From the NCBI GenBank assembly GCA_047285305.1, contig JBJBDL010000003.1:96001-160000 (forward strand): a stretch of 64,000 nucleotides of DNA, given 5' to 3'. Shown piece after piece: positions 1-12,827 of this stretch. A model generated the notes under the pieces. That model worked only from the letters and a program-made list of their open reading frames with translations. It searched no databases and had not been told where the DNA came from. The stretch comes from Synechococcus sp. (lineage in GTDB: Bacteria; Cyanobacteriota; Cyanobacteriia; PCC-6307; Cyanobiaceae). Position numbers and translations under genes: made by a program. Position 1 is the first letter of the stretch. Each line of letters opens with the position of its first letter.

Positions 1-3000
1 CGTTCTCCACCAGGGAACGATGCACCTCGGTGAGGCCCAATTCCCAGGGGCTGCCGGCGTGCTTGATCGAACTCAGGGGGGATGCACCGGTGCCACCGTC
101 GTGACCGGAGATCTGGATCACATCGGCGTTGGCCTTGGCCACACCCGCAGCGATGGTGCCAATCCCGATCTCGGCCACCAGCTTCACGCTCACGGGAGCA
201 GCGGGATGCACCTGATGCAGGTCATGGATCAACTGCGCCAGGTCTTCAATCGAATAAATGTCGTGGTGTGGCGGCGGTGAAATCAAGGCCACACCTGGCT
301 TGCTGTTGCGCAACCAGGCGATGTACTTGTCGACCTTGGGCCCTGGCAGCTGACCGCCTTCACCGGGCTTGGCACCCTGGGCCACCTTGATCTCGAGCTG
401 CTTACCGCTGCGCAGGTATTCCGCCGTCACACCGAAACGTCCTGAAGCCACCTGCTTGATTGCCGAGCAGGCGGTATCCCCATTGCGCAAACCACCAATG
501 CTGGGGAATGAGGCGGAACGGCCCTCGCCATCCACGTCCTTGAGGATCTGGAAGCGGGCAGGGTCTTCACCGCCTTCACCGCTGTTGCTCTTGCCGCCGA
601 TGCGATTCATCGCCACGGCCAACACTTCATGCGCTTCGCGGGACAAAGCGCCCAGGCTCATCCCGCCCGTGCAGAAGCGGGTGCAGATGCTCTCGACGCT
701 CTCCACCTGATCCAGGGGGACTGGGGTGGGAGCCAACTTGAACTCCAGCAGGTCCCGCAGGGCCATCACCGGTCGGTTCTCCAACAAGGCCTGGTAAGTG
801 GAGAAATGGTCGTAACCAGGGCCCTGAGCCACCGCCTTGTGCAGCGCCTTCGACAGCTCGGGATTGTTGCGGTGGTACTCAGCACCACTGCGGTACTGAA
901 CAAAGCCCATGAATTCGAGCTTGCTGCGGTTGAGCTCAGGGAAAGCTTTGGCATGCATCGAGAGCGTTTCGTTCGCCAGCTCGGCCAGCGTCATGCCGGC
1001 AACACGGCTGGTCGTTCCTGTGAAGGCGGTCTCCACCACATCCGCTCCCAGGCCGATCGCTTCAAAGATCTGAGCGCCGTGATAACTGGCCAGCAATGAA
1101 ATTCCGATCTTGGAGAGGATCTTGCGCAGGCCGTTCTCCAGCGACTCACGAACGTTGGCCTGGGCTTGATTGGCATCCAGGGCGGGCAACTTGCCCTGTT
1201 CGATCCGCTTCTTGGTCTTGGGGTGATCCAGCCAGTGGCGGGTGGTCTCCCAGGTGAGCCAGGGGCAGACGGCACTGGCGCCATAACCAATCAGGCAGGC
1301 CATGTGATGGGTGCTCCAGCACTGAGCCGTATCGACCACCAGAGAGCACTGCAGCCGAAGCTTCTGGCGCAGCAGATGGTGATGAACAGCACCCACGGCC
1401 AGCAAGGCCGGCATCGCCACCGTTGTGGGGGTCAGTGGGGCAGCCGCCCCTGTGCCATCGACCCGGTCGGACAGCACCAGAACTTGGGCTCCGTCACGCA
1501 CCGCCTGTTCCGCAACGCTGCACAGCGCCGCGATGGCCTGTTGCAGGCCTCCCGCACACGACTCCAAAGCCACCTGGGTGGACACCGTCTTGACGGGCAA
1601 GCCCTGCTCACTGATGGCCGCCAGTTCCGCCTCGTTCAAAACGGGCGTCTCCAGATGGATGACGGAGGCAGCTTCGGGCTGGGGCTTCAGGGCGGGCCGG
1701 CGCTCACCCAGGTGCATCTCCAGGCTCATCACCAACTTTTCCCGCAGGGGGTCTATCGGAGGGTTGGTGACCTGAGCGAAGCGCTGCTTGAAGTAGTCGT
1801 AAAGCAGGTGGGGCTTGTCGGAGAGCACCGCCAGTGGGATGTCATCGCCCATGCAGTAGGTCGGCTCCTTGCCGAGGGCAGCCATGTCCTCGATGATCAG
1901 ATCGAAGTCTTCGGCGGTGAACCCCATCGCGGTCTGCAACCGCAGCAGATCGAGTTCACCCACCTGCCGGTCCTGGGTCCAGGGCTGGGGGGCCACGCCG
2001 CGGCGATGCTTCTGCAGCCAATCGGTATAGGGGAAGCGCTGCGCCGCGTCTTCCTTCACCGACCAGTTGTCGAGCAACTCGCCGCGTTCAAGATCGACGG
2101 CCACCATCTGACCAGGGCCAAGACGACCTTTCTGAACAATCGTCTTGCCGCTGAGATCCACCACGCCGGTCTCCGAGCCCATGATCACGAAGCCGTCAGA
2201 GGTGGTGCACCAACGCGCCGGACGCAGCCCGTTGCGATCGAGCGTTGCACCCACTCGCTTGCCGTCGGCAAAGACCAACAGGGCCGGGCCGTCCCAGGGT
2301 TCCTGAATGCCCGCGTTGAATTCGTACATCGCCGTCACATCAGGACGGCTGTCGAGATCGGGCTGATTGCGAAACGCTTCGGGCACCAGTGTGATCAGGC
2401 TGTCGGTGATTGACCGCCCACTGCGCACCATCAATTCCAAGGTGGCATCCAGGTTGGCGGAATCGCTGAAAGCAGGGTTCACCACCGGAATCAGGTCCTC
2501 AGCCGCCTCACCCCAGACGTTCTCGAGGCTGGCTTCTGAAGCCTTGGCCCAGTTGAGGTTGCCCAGCAGTGTGTTGATTTCGCCGTTGTGCCCCAGAAGC
2601 CGCATCGGCTGCGCCAGGGGCCAGCGCGGCAGGGTGTTGGTGCTGAAACGGCGGTGATACACCGCAAAACTCACCTCAAATCGGGGGTCCTGCAGGTCGG
2701 CGAAGAACTGCGCCAGCACCTCGGATCGCACCATCCCCTTGTAAACAACCGTCCGGCTGCTCAGGGAGGCGACATACACGTCCTGGGCGACCTCAACACC
2801 CAGAGCGGTCCGCAGACGGGCACCGATGCGACGCCGCAACCGCAGCAGCTGGCCATCAAACGTTGCGTCGTCGGCATCACCATTCAGCACCCACTGCTCG
2901 ATCACGGGAGCTGTGGCACGAGCCAAGGGCCCGAGAACCGCAGGGTCGACGGGCACCGTTCGCCACCCCAGAGGCTGCACGCCAAGGGCTTTGGCCTCTT

Positions 3001-3346
3001 CATCACAAAGGCCCCGCACCTCAGCACGACGGCTGGCATCGGTCGGCATGAACATCATGCCGAGGCCCCGTGCTGCAGCCGCCTCGGGCCAGACGGCTTT
3101 CAAATACGACCAGGGGATCTCACACAACACCCCCGCTCCGTCTCCGGAGTCGCCATCTCCCCCGCAACCGCCGCGGTGCTCCATGCATCCCAGACCACGC
3201 AGGGCCTGCTCCAGCACCCAGTGGCTGGCCTGCCCCTGGAGCTGGGCCAGGAAACCAACGCCACACGCATCCTTCTCACCCGCAACAACCTCGGGTGCAG
3301 GGCTGTCGCAGTAAGGCCAGACAGCGGAACGGATGGCGTCAGACAT
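1..3346 (-). CDS. glsF: Ferredoxin-dependent glutamate synthase (Fd-GOGAT), 5' part; runs off the left edge
   Basis: Not in the ORF track (no stop within the window). Spot-checked manual translation from ATG at 3346: MSDAIRSAVWPYCDSPAPEVVAGEKDACGVGF (Ntn Cys motif DACGVGF), HNGEIN near 2575-2590, and EIKVAQGAKPGEGGQLPG near 345-400. Confidence 0.96.
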   Translation of the reverse strand, partial: MSDAIRSAVWPYCDSPAPEVVAGEKDACGVGFLAQLQGQASHWVLEQALRGLGCMEHRGGCGGDGDSGDGAGVLCEIPWSYLKAVWPEAAAARGLGMMFMPTDASRRAEVRGLCDEEAKALGVQPLGWRTVPVDPAVLGPLARATAPVIEQWVLNGDADDATFDGQLLRLRRRIGARLRTALGVEVAQDVYVASLSSRTVVYKGMVRSEVLAQFFADLQDPRFEVSFAVYHRRFSTNTLPRWPLAQPMRLLGHNGEINTLLGNLNWAKASEASLENVWGEAAEDLIPVVNPAFSDSANLDATLELMVRSGRSITDSLITLVPEAFRNQPDLDSRPDVTAMYEFNAGIQEPWDGPALLVFADGKRVGATLDRNGLRPARWCTTSDGFVIMGSETGVVDLSGKTIVQKGRLGPGQMVAVDLERGELLDNWSVKEDAAQRFPYTDWLQKHRRGVAPQPWTQDRQVGELDLLRLQTAMGFTAEDFDLIIEDMAALGKEPTYCMGDDIPLAVLSDKPHLLYDYFKQRFAQVTNPPIDPLREKLVMSLEMHLGERRPALKPQPEAASVIHLETPVLNEAELAAISEQGLPVKTVSTQVALESCAGGLQQAIAALCSVAEQAVRDGAQVLVLSDRVDGTGAAAPLTPTTVAMPALLAVGAVHHHLLRQKLRLQCSLVVDTAQCWSTHHMACLIGYGASAVCPWLTWETTRHWLDHPKTKKRIEQGKLPALDANQAQANVRESLENGLRKILSKIGISLLASYHGAQIFEAIGLGADVVETAFTGTTSRVAGMTLAELANETLSMHAKAFPELNRSKLEFMGFVQYRSGAEYHRNNPELSKALHKAVAQGPGYDHFSTYQALLENRPVMALRDLLEFKLAPTPVPLDQVESVESICTRFCTGGMSLGALSREAHEVLAVAMNRIGGKSNSGEGGEDPARFQILKDVDGEGRSASFPSIGGLRNGDTACSAIKQVASGRFGVTAEYLRSGKQLEIKVAQGAKPGEGGQLPGPKVDKYIAWLRNSKPGVALISPPPHHDIYSIEDLAQLIHDLHQVHPAAPVSVKLVAEIGIGTIAAGVAKANADVIQISGHDGGTGASPLSSIKHAGSPWELGLTEVHRSLVEN

Positions 3347-3448
3347 AGGGAACTCAACCGGACGATCGCATGGGCCTGCAGCTTCGAGCTCTGCAGAATC
3401 CATCTCGAGGGACGATCCTAGGCAGGCGCCTCTCCGCCAAGGCATTTC

Positions 3449-5134
3449 ATGCTGGCCTTTGCCCCACTTCCCGCGCCACCGCCTGAGCTTCGCCCTGTGC
3501 CGAACCAGAGCGGTGAAGAGGTGCTGATCGGGAGAGAGCGCAGCAAAGCGGTTTGGCTCTGGAGGGGCAGCGACGCAGAACCCGAAGAACTTTGGCTGCC
3601 CTTGGAGGTTCTGGAATCCCGTCTGGGTTTCCGGCGGGTTTCCCGTCTCGATGGAGAAGCACTGGAATGGTTTGGCCGAACGGTCTCATTGACCGTATTG
3701 GCGACCCGTTCACTAGGTGATGAAGTCGGCCTCGAAGTGAGCGACTGGCTGTCCGCAACTGGCGTCAGCGCCCAAGTGAGGGGAAACACTTTGGAGCTTC
3801 GGCTGCCCCTACCAACGGTAAAAAACCTGCGCCGCGGTAAAGGTTCAACCGCCGATCGGTTGGTGCTGGACCTGAACGGCCCCGCCCTGGTGCAGCGCTT
3901 GAACGGCGACCTGTTGCTGGAGCTCAAGCTGTCGCGTACCCAGCAACGTCAACTCAAGGCATGGGGGCTCTCCCCTCAGCGGCATCGCCACGGTGGCCTT
4001 GTGCTGAAGGGACAAGCCACCAAGCTGAGGAGCCTGAGCCTGGCGTCCCCTTGGCGGGTGGTGCTGGATGGTGTGCAGACCGGTGGTCGCCGCCCGGTCC
4101 AGAGCGCACGTCTTCCCCTCCACAACCCAGCTGTGGCCGAATGGCTGAGGCGGGGCTTCGTCTTGGAGCAACGCACTATCAAGGTGGGTGTGAAACCCAT
4201 TCAGGTGTTCCGTGCCGGCGGGCAGCTGAGCCGTCTCGGCATCACCCTTCAGCCCCTGGTCAAAGCCGAGCAGCAACAGGGTCTTCGTTTTCTGCCTCAG
4301 CTCTCCCAACCTGCAGGGGCACTGGTCGCAGTGAACGGAGGCTTTTTCAACCGGATCAACCAACTCCCCTTGGGGGCCGTGCGGCATCAGGGGATCTGGC
4401 TGTCCGGTCCGATCCTGAACCGCGGCGTGATCGCTTGGGGAGCCTCAGGGGATCTGCAGTTCGGCCGGCTGCGTCTGAATCAGACGCTGCAAGTGAACAA
4501 CGGTCGCCGTTGGAGCCTCATGACACTCAACAGCGGCTACGTCCAGAAGGGGCTGAGCCTTTACACACCTGCATGGGGGCCCCGCTACCGAGCCCTGAGC
4601 AACGAGGAGGAAGCACTGTTGATTCGCGGCGGCCGCGTCGAGGCAACGATCGACAAGAGCAGCCTGCAACGCGGCATCGCCATCCCCAAAGACGCTGAAT
4701 TGGTGGTGGCCCGGGGAAGCACGCCGCTGCCTGCAAGGCCTGGTGATCGGATCCAGGTGACATCAAGATCCCTCTCCTCCCTCGCGCAACAACCCAATGT
4801 TCTGGGCGGTGGTCCACTGCTGATGCAGAACGGCAACGTGGTGCTGAACGGACGCCAGGAGGGATTCAGCCCTGGCTTCATGAGCTTGGCGGCACCAAGA
4901 ACGGTGGTGGCTCAGGGGCCGAGCGGTCAGTGGCTGATGACCTTGCGTGGCGCCGCCGGCAGTGATCCCACCCTTGTGGAAACAGCCCTGGCAGCCCAGC
5001 AGATGGGGCTGCGCGATGCCTTGAACATGGATGGCGGCAGCTCCACCACCCTCGTGGTGGCCGGACGCACCGTGATGAATGGCCGAAGCAGCACCCCGAG
5101 AGTCCACAACGGCCTGGGGCTCATCCCGCTCTGA
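3449..5134 (+). CDS. Phosphodiester glycosidase (NAGPA-like) family protein
   Basis: 561-aa ORF with motifs AVNGGFF, GGGPLL, APRTVV, ALNMDGGSSTT and RVHNGL. Confidence 0.8.
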   Translation: MLAFAPLPAPPPELRPVPNQSGEEVLIGRERSKAVWLWRGSDAEPEELWLPLEVLESRLGFRRVSRLDGEALEWFGRTVSLTVLATRSLGDEVGLEVSDWLSATGVSAQVRGNTLELRLPLPTVKNLRRGKGSTADRLVLDLNGPALVQRLNGDLLLELKLSRTQQRQLKAWGLSPQRHRHGGLVLKGQATKLRSLSLASPWRVVLDGVQTGGRRPVQSARLPLHNPAVAEWLRRGFVLEQRTIKVGVKPIQVFRAGGQLSRLGITLQPLVKAEQQQGLRFLPQLSQPAGALVAVNGGFFNRINQLPLGAVRHQGIWLSGPILNRGVIAWGASGDLQFGRLRLNQTLQVNNGRRWSLMTLNSGYVQKGLSLYTPAWGPRYRALSNEEEALLIRGGRVEATIDKSSLQRGIAIPKDAELVVARGSTPLPARPGDRIQVTSRSLSSLAQQPNVLGGGPLLMQNGNVVLNGRQEGFSPGFMSLAAPRTVVAQGPSGQWLMTLRGAAGSDPTLVETALAAQQMGLRDALNMDGGSSTTLVVAGRTVMNGRSSTPRVHNGLGLIPL

Positions 5135-5168
5135 GACCTGCAACAGTGGGGGCCCCGAGGAATTGAGC

Positions 5169-5495
5169 ATGGCTGCCAATCTGCGGCTGACCGCTGCCGC
5201 TGCTGCCGAGCTAGGGCGACAGGCGGCCGTGGCGGGAACACCGGGGCAGATGCATCTCGATCTCGCGCCCGGCGAGTGCGCACAACATGTGTTGCGCATC
5301 CGGGCAGGACATCTGGCCGGCGTTGCGATCGCAAGGGCCGACGGCGTGACCCTGCACGCCCCTGCAGAACAGCTCAAATTGCTTGAAGGCCTTTGCCTGG
5401 ACTACCGCGGGGACCTCAGTGGTGGTGGTTTTCTGATCCGCAACAGCGATGGGGTTGAACCCTGTGCCTGCGGCAGTGCCTTCAGCCGGTTTTAA
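5169..5495 (+). CDS. HesB/IscA-like Fe-S assembly accessory family protein
   Basis: MAANLRLTAAAAAEL...GEC...LDYRGDLSGGGF...PCACGSAF: one N-terminal Cys plus a C-terminal CxC, as in A-type carriers. Start moved to ATG 5169. Confidence 0.75.
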   Translation: MAANLRLTAAAAAELGRQAAVAGTPGQMHLDLAPGECAQHVLRIRAGHLAGVAIARADGVTLHAPAEQLKLLEGLCLDYRGDLSGGGFLIRNSDGVEPCACGSAFSRF

Positions 5496-5567
5496 GGGGG
5501 GACCGTCACCCGGTATCGTGGTCGATTGTCGAATCAGGTCGGGAGTCCGACCGCTCACCGACCATCG

Positions 5568-5942
5568 ATGCCAACCATCCAACAGCTGATCCGCACTGAG
5601 CGCTCACGCCTCAAGGCCAAGACCAAGTCCCCGGCTTTGAAGTCCTGCCCTGAGCGTCGCGGTGTTTGCACCCGCGTTTACACCTCAACGCCCAAAAAGC
5701 CCAATTCGGCGCTGCGCAAGGTGGCACGTGTGCGCCTGACCTCGGGCTTTGAGGTCACTGCCTACATCGGCGGCGTGGGTCACAACCTGCAGGAGCACTC
5801 GGTGGTGTTGATCCGCGGCGGTCGTGTCAAAGACCTCCCTGGCGTCCGCTACCACATCATCCGCGGAACTCTGGATACCGCTGGCGTGAAAGACCGGCGT
5901 CAGTCCCGCTCCAAGTACGGCGCCAAGGCTCCGAAGGAGTGA
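5568..5942 (+). CDS. rpsL: 30S ribosomal protein S12
   Basis: MPTIQQLIR...[11 protein letters not shown]...[10 protein letters not shown]; start ATG 5568. Confidence 0.99.
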   Translation: MPTIQQLIRTERSRLKAKTKSPALKSCPERRGVCTRVYTSTPKKPNSALRKVARVRLTSGFEVTAYIGGVGHNLQEHSVVLIRGGRVKDLPGVRYHIIRGTLDTAGVKDRRQSRSKYGAKAPKE

Positions 5943-5983
5943 TCACCGGTTTCTTCCCCATCCCCATCAAGTTCTGATCCCTA

Positions 5984-6454
5984 ATGTCACGCCGCAACGC
6001 CGCTGAGAAGCGCCCGATTCTTCCCGACCCGCAGTTCAACAGCCGCCTCGCCACGATGATGGTGGTGCGCCTGATGCAACACGGCAAGAAGTCGACAGCG
6101 CAACGGATCCTGTCCGACGCGTTCGGCCTGATCAACGAGCGCACCGGTGGAGATCCGCTCGAACTATTCGAAACAGCTGTCAAGAACGCCACCCCATTGG
6201 TTGAAGTGCGCGCCCGCCGCGTTGGTGGTGCCACCTACCAGGTGCCCATGGAAGTGCGCCAGGAACGCGGCACCGCCATGGCACTGCGCTGGCTGGTGAG
6301 CTTCTCCCGCGCCCGCAACGGCCGGAGCATGGCCCAGAAGTTGGCTGGCGAACTAATGGATGCCGCCAACGAGGCTGGCAACGCCGTTCGCAAGCGCGAA
6401 GAAACCCACAAGATGGCCGAAGCCAACAAGGCTTTCGCCCACTACCGCTACTGA
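5984..6454 (+). CDS. rpsG: 30S ribosomal protein S7
   Basis: [10 protein letters not shown]...[11 protein letters not shown]...[13 protein letters not shown]. Confidence 0.99.
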   Translation: MSRRNAAEKRPILPDPQFNSRLATMMVVRLMQHGKKSTAQRILSDAFGLINERTGGDPLELFETAVKNATPLVEVRARRVGGATYQVPMEVRQERGTAMALRWLVSFSRARNGRSMAQKLAGELMDAANEAGNAVRKREETHKMAEANKAFAHYRY

Positions 6455-6543
6455 GCCTCGCAGGCCAGTCATCAACACAGATGTTCATGGCTGGCCTGTA
6501 GAGTCACCCCGCCTTTTCACGCCCCACCCCCGGAGAATTTCCT

Positions 6544-8619
<2,076 letters not shown>

Positions 8620-8663
8620 TCTCTAAACTCCTCCAAATCCAACCCTCGATTCTTTAAACACCC

Positions 8664-9863
8664 ATGGCACGCGAGAAGTTCGAAAGGAACAAGCCCCACG
8701 TCAACATCGGCACCATCGGCCACGTTGACCACGGCAAGACCACCCTCACCGCTGCGATCACCAACGTGCTCGCCAAGAAGGGTCAGGCTGAAGTTCAGAA
8801 CTACGCCGACATCGACGGCGCCCCTGAAGAGCGTGAGCGCGGCATCACCATCAACACCGCTCACGTTGAGTACGAGACCGAGACTCGTCACTACGCCCAC
8901 GTGGACTGCCCTGGCCACGCGGACTATGTGAAGAACATGATCACCGGTGCCGCTCAGATGGACGGCGCCATCCTGGTGTGTGCCGCCACCGACGGCCCGA
9001 TGGCCCAGACCAAAGAGCACATCCTGCTGGCCAAGCAGGTGGGCGTTCCCGCTCTGGTGGTTGCACTGAACAAGTGCGACATGGTCGATGACGAAGAGAT
9101 CATCGAACTGGTGGAGATGGAGATCCGCGAACTGCTCTCCAGCTACGACTTCCCCGGCGACGACATCCCCGTGGTTCAGGTCTCCGGCCTGAAGGCCATC
9201 GAAGGCGAGGCTGAGTGGGAAGCCAAGATCGAAGAACTGATGGCGGCTGTTGACGCCAGCATTCCTGAGCCTGAGCGGGAAGTGGACAAGCCCTTCCTGA
9301 TGGCTGTGGAAGACGTCTTCTCCATCACAGGTCGCGGTACCGTGGCCACCGGCCGTATCGAGCGCGGCATCGTCAAGGTCGGCGAGGAAATCGAAATCGT
9401 CGGCATCAAGGACACCCGCAAGACCACCGTCACCGGTGTGGAAATGTTCCGCAAGCTGCTCGATGAGGGCATGGCTGGCGACAACGTTGGTCTGCTGCTG
9501 CGCGGCATCCAGAAGGAAGATATCGAGCGCGGCATGGTGCTCGTGAAGCCCGGTTCCATCACCCCTCACACCAAGTTCGAGGGCCAGGTGTACGTGCTCA
9601 AGAAGGAAGAAGGCGGCCGCCACACTCCCTTCTTTGCTGGCTACCGCCCGCAGTTCTACATCCGTACAACGGACGTGACCGGCCAAATCACTGCCTTCAC
9701 CGCGGAAGACGGTTCCAACGTGGAAATGGTGATGCCTGGTGACAACATCCAGATGACCGGTGAGCTGATCTGCCCCGTCGCCATCGAACAAGGCATGCGC
9801 TTCGCTATCCGCGAGGGCGGCCGCACCATCGGTGCTGGCGTGGTCTCCAAGATCATCGAGTGA
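8664..9863 (+). CDS. tuf: Elongation factor Tu
   Basis: [17 protein letters not shown] and NKCD motifs; 399 aa. Confidence 0.99.
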   Translation: MAREKFERNKPHVNIGTIGHVDHGKTTLTAAITNVLAKKGQAEVQNYADIDGAPEERERGITINTAHVEYETETRHYAHVDCPGHADYVKNMITGAAQMDGAILVCAATDGPMAQTKEHILLAKQVGVPALVVALNKCDMVDDEEIIELVEMEIRELLSSYDFPGDDIPVVQVSGLKAIEGEAEWEAKIEELMAAVDASIPEPEREVDKPFLMAVEDVFSITGRGTVATGRIERGIVKVGEEIEIVGIKDTRKTTVTGVEMFRKLLDEGMAGDNVGLLLRGIQKEDIERGMVLVKPGSITPHTKFEGQVYVLKKEEGGRHTPFFAGYRPQFYIRTTDVTGQITAFTAEDGSNVEMVMPGDNIQMTGELICPVAIEQGMRFAIREGGRTIGAGVVSKIIE

Positions 9864-9887
9864 TCAGCGCAAGCTGAACAACACGTC

Positions 9888-9919
9888 AGGAGATGGAGGG
9901 GCTCAGCCCCCCATCTCCT
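9888..9919 (+). promoter_or_regulatory. Strong stem-loop between tuf and rpsJ (mRNA-stabilising or processing hairpin)
   Basis: AGGAGATGG-A-GGGGC-TCA-GCCCC-CCATCTCCT inverted repeat with no immediate U-tract. Confidence 0.55.
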
Positions 9920-9984
9920 ACATTTCTCAGAACCTCGACAACTGAAGTCCTGCTTCGACCTCGAAGCTTTTTCGCTCCCTTCCC

Positions 9985-10305
9985 ATGTCAACTGCCATCG
10001 CTCAGCAGAAGATCCGCATCCGCCTGAAGGCGTTTGACCGCCGCATGCTCGATCTTTCTTGCGAGAAAATCATTGAAACGGCCGATAACACCGCTGCAAC
10101 CGCGATCGGTCCGATCCCCCTGCCGACAAAACGCAAGATCTACTGCGTTCTGCGCTCTCCCCACGTGGACAAGGACTCCCGCGAGCACTTCGAGACCCGC
10201 ACCCACCGTCGCATCATCGACATCTACAGCCCGTCGGCCAAAACCATCGACGCGCTGATGAAGCTTGATCTCCCCAGTGGTGTGGACATCGAAGTGAAGC
10301 TCTGA
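9985..10305 (+). CDS. rpsJ: 30S ribosomal protein S10
   Basis: [11 protein letters not shown]...GPIPLPT...[14 protein letters not shown]. Confidence 0.99.
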   Translation: MSTAIAQQKIRIRLKAFDRRMLDLSCEKIIETADNTAATAIGPIPLPTKRKIYCVLRSPHVDKDSREHFETRTHRRIIDIYSPSAKTIDALMKLDLPSGVDIEVKL

Positions 10306-10329
10306 TCCGTTCGATCAGAGCTTCATTTT
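10295..10329 (+). terminator. Likely intrinsic terminator of the str operon
   Basis: 13-bp stem TGAAGCTCTGATC-cgttc-GATCAGAGCTTCA followed by TTTT, overlapping the rpsJ stop. Confidence 0.6.
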
Positions 10330-10361
10330 CCTAAGATTAGGTTGCCTACAACACGGCGTTC

Positions 10362-10997
10362 GTGGCCGATTTTTCTGTGAGGGAGCTTCCCCTGTTCCCC
10401 CTGCCGGACGTCGTGTTGTTCCCACAGCAGCTCCTACCGCTGCACATTTTTGAATCGCGTTATCGGATGCTTCTCCAGACGGTTCTGGAGACCGACAAGC
10501 GATTCGGCATTGTTCGCATCAACCCTGAGAACGGCGAAATGGCCGAAATCGGTTGCTGCGCTGAGGTGCTTCAGCATCAAACAACGGAGGACGGTCGCAG
10601 CTACATCGTTTCGTTGGGCCAACAGCGGTTCCGGCTGCTGAACATCACGCGGGAAACGCCCTACCGAACAGGAATGGTGAGCTGGCTGGAGGATGAGCCC
10701 GTGGCCGATACCGATCAGCTCAACAACCTGCGGGACAAGGTCAGCGAAGCCTTGAATGACGTCGTTCAGCTGACCAGCAAACTGCAGAACCGAGAGGTGG
10801 AACTGCCTGACGATCTGCCTGACCTACCGCGGGAACTGTCCTTCTGGATCAGCGCCCATCTGGATCAGGCCGCACCGGAGCAACAGAGCCTTCTCGAACT
10901 GACCGACACCCACGAGCGCTTGAGCCATCAATTTGAAATGTTGGATCACACCCGACGCCAATTGGCGGCCCGCACTGTTTTGATGGATCTGAAGTGA
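10362..10997 (+). CDS. LON peptidase substrate-binding (N-terminal) domain protein
   Basis: ELPLFPLPDVVLFP...PLHIFESRYRML signature; no ATPase or protease domain. Confidence 0.88.
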   Translation: MADFSVRELPLFPLPDVVLFPQQLLPLHIFESRYRMLLQTVLETDKRFGIVRINPENGEMAEIGCCAEVLQHQTTEDGRSYIVSLGQQRFRLLNITRETPYRTGMVSWLEDEPVADTDQLNNLRDKVSEALNDVVQLTSKLQNREVELPDDLPDLPRELSFWISAHLDQAAPEQQSLLELTDTHERLSHQFEMLDHTRRQLAARTVLMDLK

Positions 10998-11929
10998 TGT
11001 TGGGATCACTGCTGGTTGTGGCCGGAGCCGTTGGTGCCACCGGAGTTGCACTGTGGCTTCGCCGCGACCGGCGCTACGAATCGTCGGAGAGTGTCGCCTC
11101 CGCCTACGACGCCTGGACAGAAGACCGTTTGTTGGAGCAGCTCTGGGGAGAGCATGTCCATCTCGGTCATTACGGGACCCCACCCAGCTCCTGTGACTTC
11201 CGCGAAGCGAAGGAAGCCTTCGTCCACGAGCTGGTGCGGTGGAGCGGTCTGGACCAACTCCCCGCCGGTAGCCGGGTGCTGGATGTGGGATGCGGCATCG
11301 GTGGCAGCGCCCGAATCCTGGCGCGGGATTACGGATTGAACGTTCTCGGCATCAGCATCAGTACTGCCCAGGTGGAACGAGCCACACAACTCACCCCATC
11401 AGGCCTGAGCTGCCGCTTCCAGGTGATGGACGCCTTAGATCTTCAACTGCCCGATCAGAGCTTTGATGCGGTCTGGAGCGTGGAGGCCGGTCCCCACATG
11501 CCCGACAAACAGCGTTATGCCGATGAATTGCTGCGGGTGATGCGCCAAGGAGGTCTGCTTGCTGTGGCCGACTGGAACCGTCGAGACCCATCTGACGGCG
11601 GCATGACGCGAACCGAACGCTGGGTGATGCGTCAGCTGCTAAACCAATGGGCTCACCCTGAATTCGCCAGCATCAAGGGGTTCCGCAAGAACCTCGACAA
11701 AAGCGTCCACCACCGTGGCGAGATCATCACCGGTGACTGGACCCAAGCCACGCTTCCCTCATGGATTGACTCCATCGTTGAGGGCGTTCGCCGTCCCTGG
11801 GCGGTGCTCAGCCTGGGGGCGAAAGCGGTCCTGCAAGGCCTGAGAGAAACGCCGACGTTGCTGCTGATGCACTGGGCATTCGCCACCGGTCTGATGCAAT
11901 TCGGCGTCTTCCGGATCAGAAAAGACTGA
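10994..11929 (+). CDS. SAM-dependent methyltransferase (MPBQ/MSBQ, tocopherol or sterol C-methyltransferase-like)
   Basis: N-terminal transmembrane segment; WGEHVHLGHY, VLDVGCGIGGS and FDAVWSVEAGPHMPDK. Confidence 0.85.
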   Translation: MMLGSLLVVAGAVGATGVALWLRRDRRYESSESVASAYDAWTEDRLLEQLWGEHVHLGHYGTPPSSCDFREAKEAFVHELVRWSGLDQLPAGSRVLDVGCGIGGSARILARDYGLNVLGISISTAQVERATQLTPSGLSCRFQVMDALDLQLPDQSFDAVWSVEAGPHMPDKQRYADELLRVMRQGGLLAVADWNRRDPSDGGMTRTERWVMRQLLNQWAHPEFASIKGFRKNLDKSVHHRGEIITGDWTQATLPSWIDSIVEGVRRPWAVLSLGAKAVLQGLRETPTLLLMHWAFATGLMQFGVFRIRKD

Positions 11930-11932
11930 TCC

Positions 11933-12775
11933 TCAACAGCCACTCAAATCGCTGCTTGGGTAGGCACCGAAATGGGCGAGATGCTCACACAGAGGCTGCA
12001 ACTGGGCAATCAGATCCTGCAGAGCCGTTGACGGAGCCGGAGGAAGATCCACATCCACAAAAAAGACGTATTCCCCCAGCTCCCGTTTGGACGGTCGCGA
12101 TTCAATCCGACTCATGTTCAGGCCCCGCGCAGCCAAACAGGCCAGAGCCTCCAGCAAGGCCCCCGGCGCATTGCGATGCAGCGAGAACGCCAGACTGGCC
12201 ACATCGCCATGCTCACTGCGCTGATCACGACGCAACAGCAGAAAACGGGTGCGATTGCCCGCAACATCGTTCACCGGGAACTCCAGCTGATCCAACCCAT
12301 GTTCCCGGGCAGCGGTCTGGGAGGCGATCGCAGCACGGAAGGGACTGCCCGCAACCATGCGAGCTGCTTCAGCCGTGGATGAGGTGGGCAATTGCAAGGC
12401 ATCGGGCAGATGCTGGGCCAACCAGCCACTGCACTGGGCCAGGGCCTGCGGGTGGGAGAGCACTTCGGTGACTCTGCTGAGCGGCCCACTCCCCAGCAGA
12501 GCGTGCTGAATCGGCAGCACCAAAGCCCTGCGGATACAAAGCTCCGGATGGGACCACAGCGCATCGAGGGTCGCGGTCACCCCCCCCTCAACCGAGTTCT
12601 CAATCGGGACAACGGCTGCATCACACTGCCCTCCGGCAAGCTGTTCCACAACCGATCGGAGCCCCGCGCAGGGAACGAGGTGGACATCCTCGAGAGCGTC
12701 CTGTTCGATCAACACCCTGGCGGCCTGCTCGCCATAAGTCCCGACTGGGCCAAGGAATGCGAGACGCGTAGGCAT
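11933..12775 (-). CDS. pheA: Prephenate dehydratase
   Basis: AFLGPVGTY, PIENSVEG, SHPQALAQC, NRTRF and ACT domain with ESRP; start ATG 12775. Confidence 0.96.
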   Translation of the reverse strand: MPTRLAFLGPVGTYGEQAARVLIEQDALEDVHLVPCAGLRSVVEQLAGGQCDAAVVPIENSVEGGVTATLDALWSHPELCIRRALVLPIQHALLGSGPLSRVTEVLSHPQALAQCSGWLAQHLPDALQLPTSSTAEAARMVAGSPFRAAIASQTAAREHGLDQLEFPVNDVAGNRTRFLLLRRDQRSEHGDVASLAFSLHRNAPGALLEALACLAARGLNMSRIESRPSKRELGEYVFFVDVDLPPAPSTALQDLIAQLQPLCEHLAHFGAYPSSDLSGC

Positions 12776-12827
12776 CGAAGCCGCACTGGATGGACTCGAT
12801 AAGATCATGCCGCGTCAGGTGAAGTCC

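Noticed and set aside
20..3421. Many + strand ORFs of up to 415 aa in the first 3.4 kb
   Set aside because: All are antisense to glutamate synthase, which the ORF track missed because it lacks a stop within the window.
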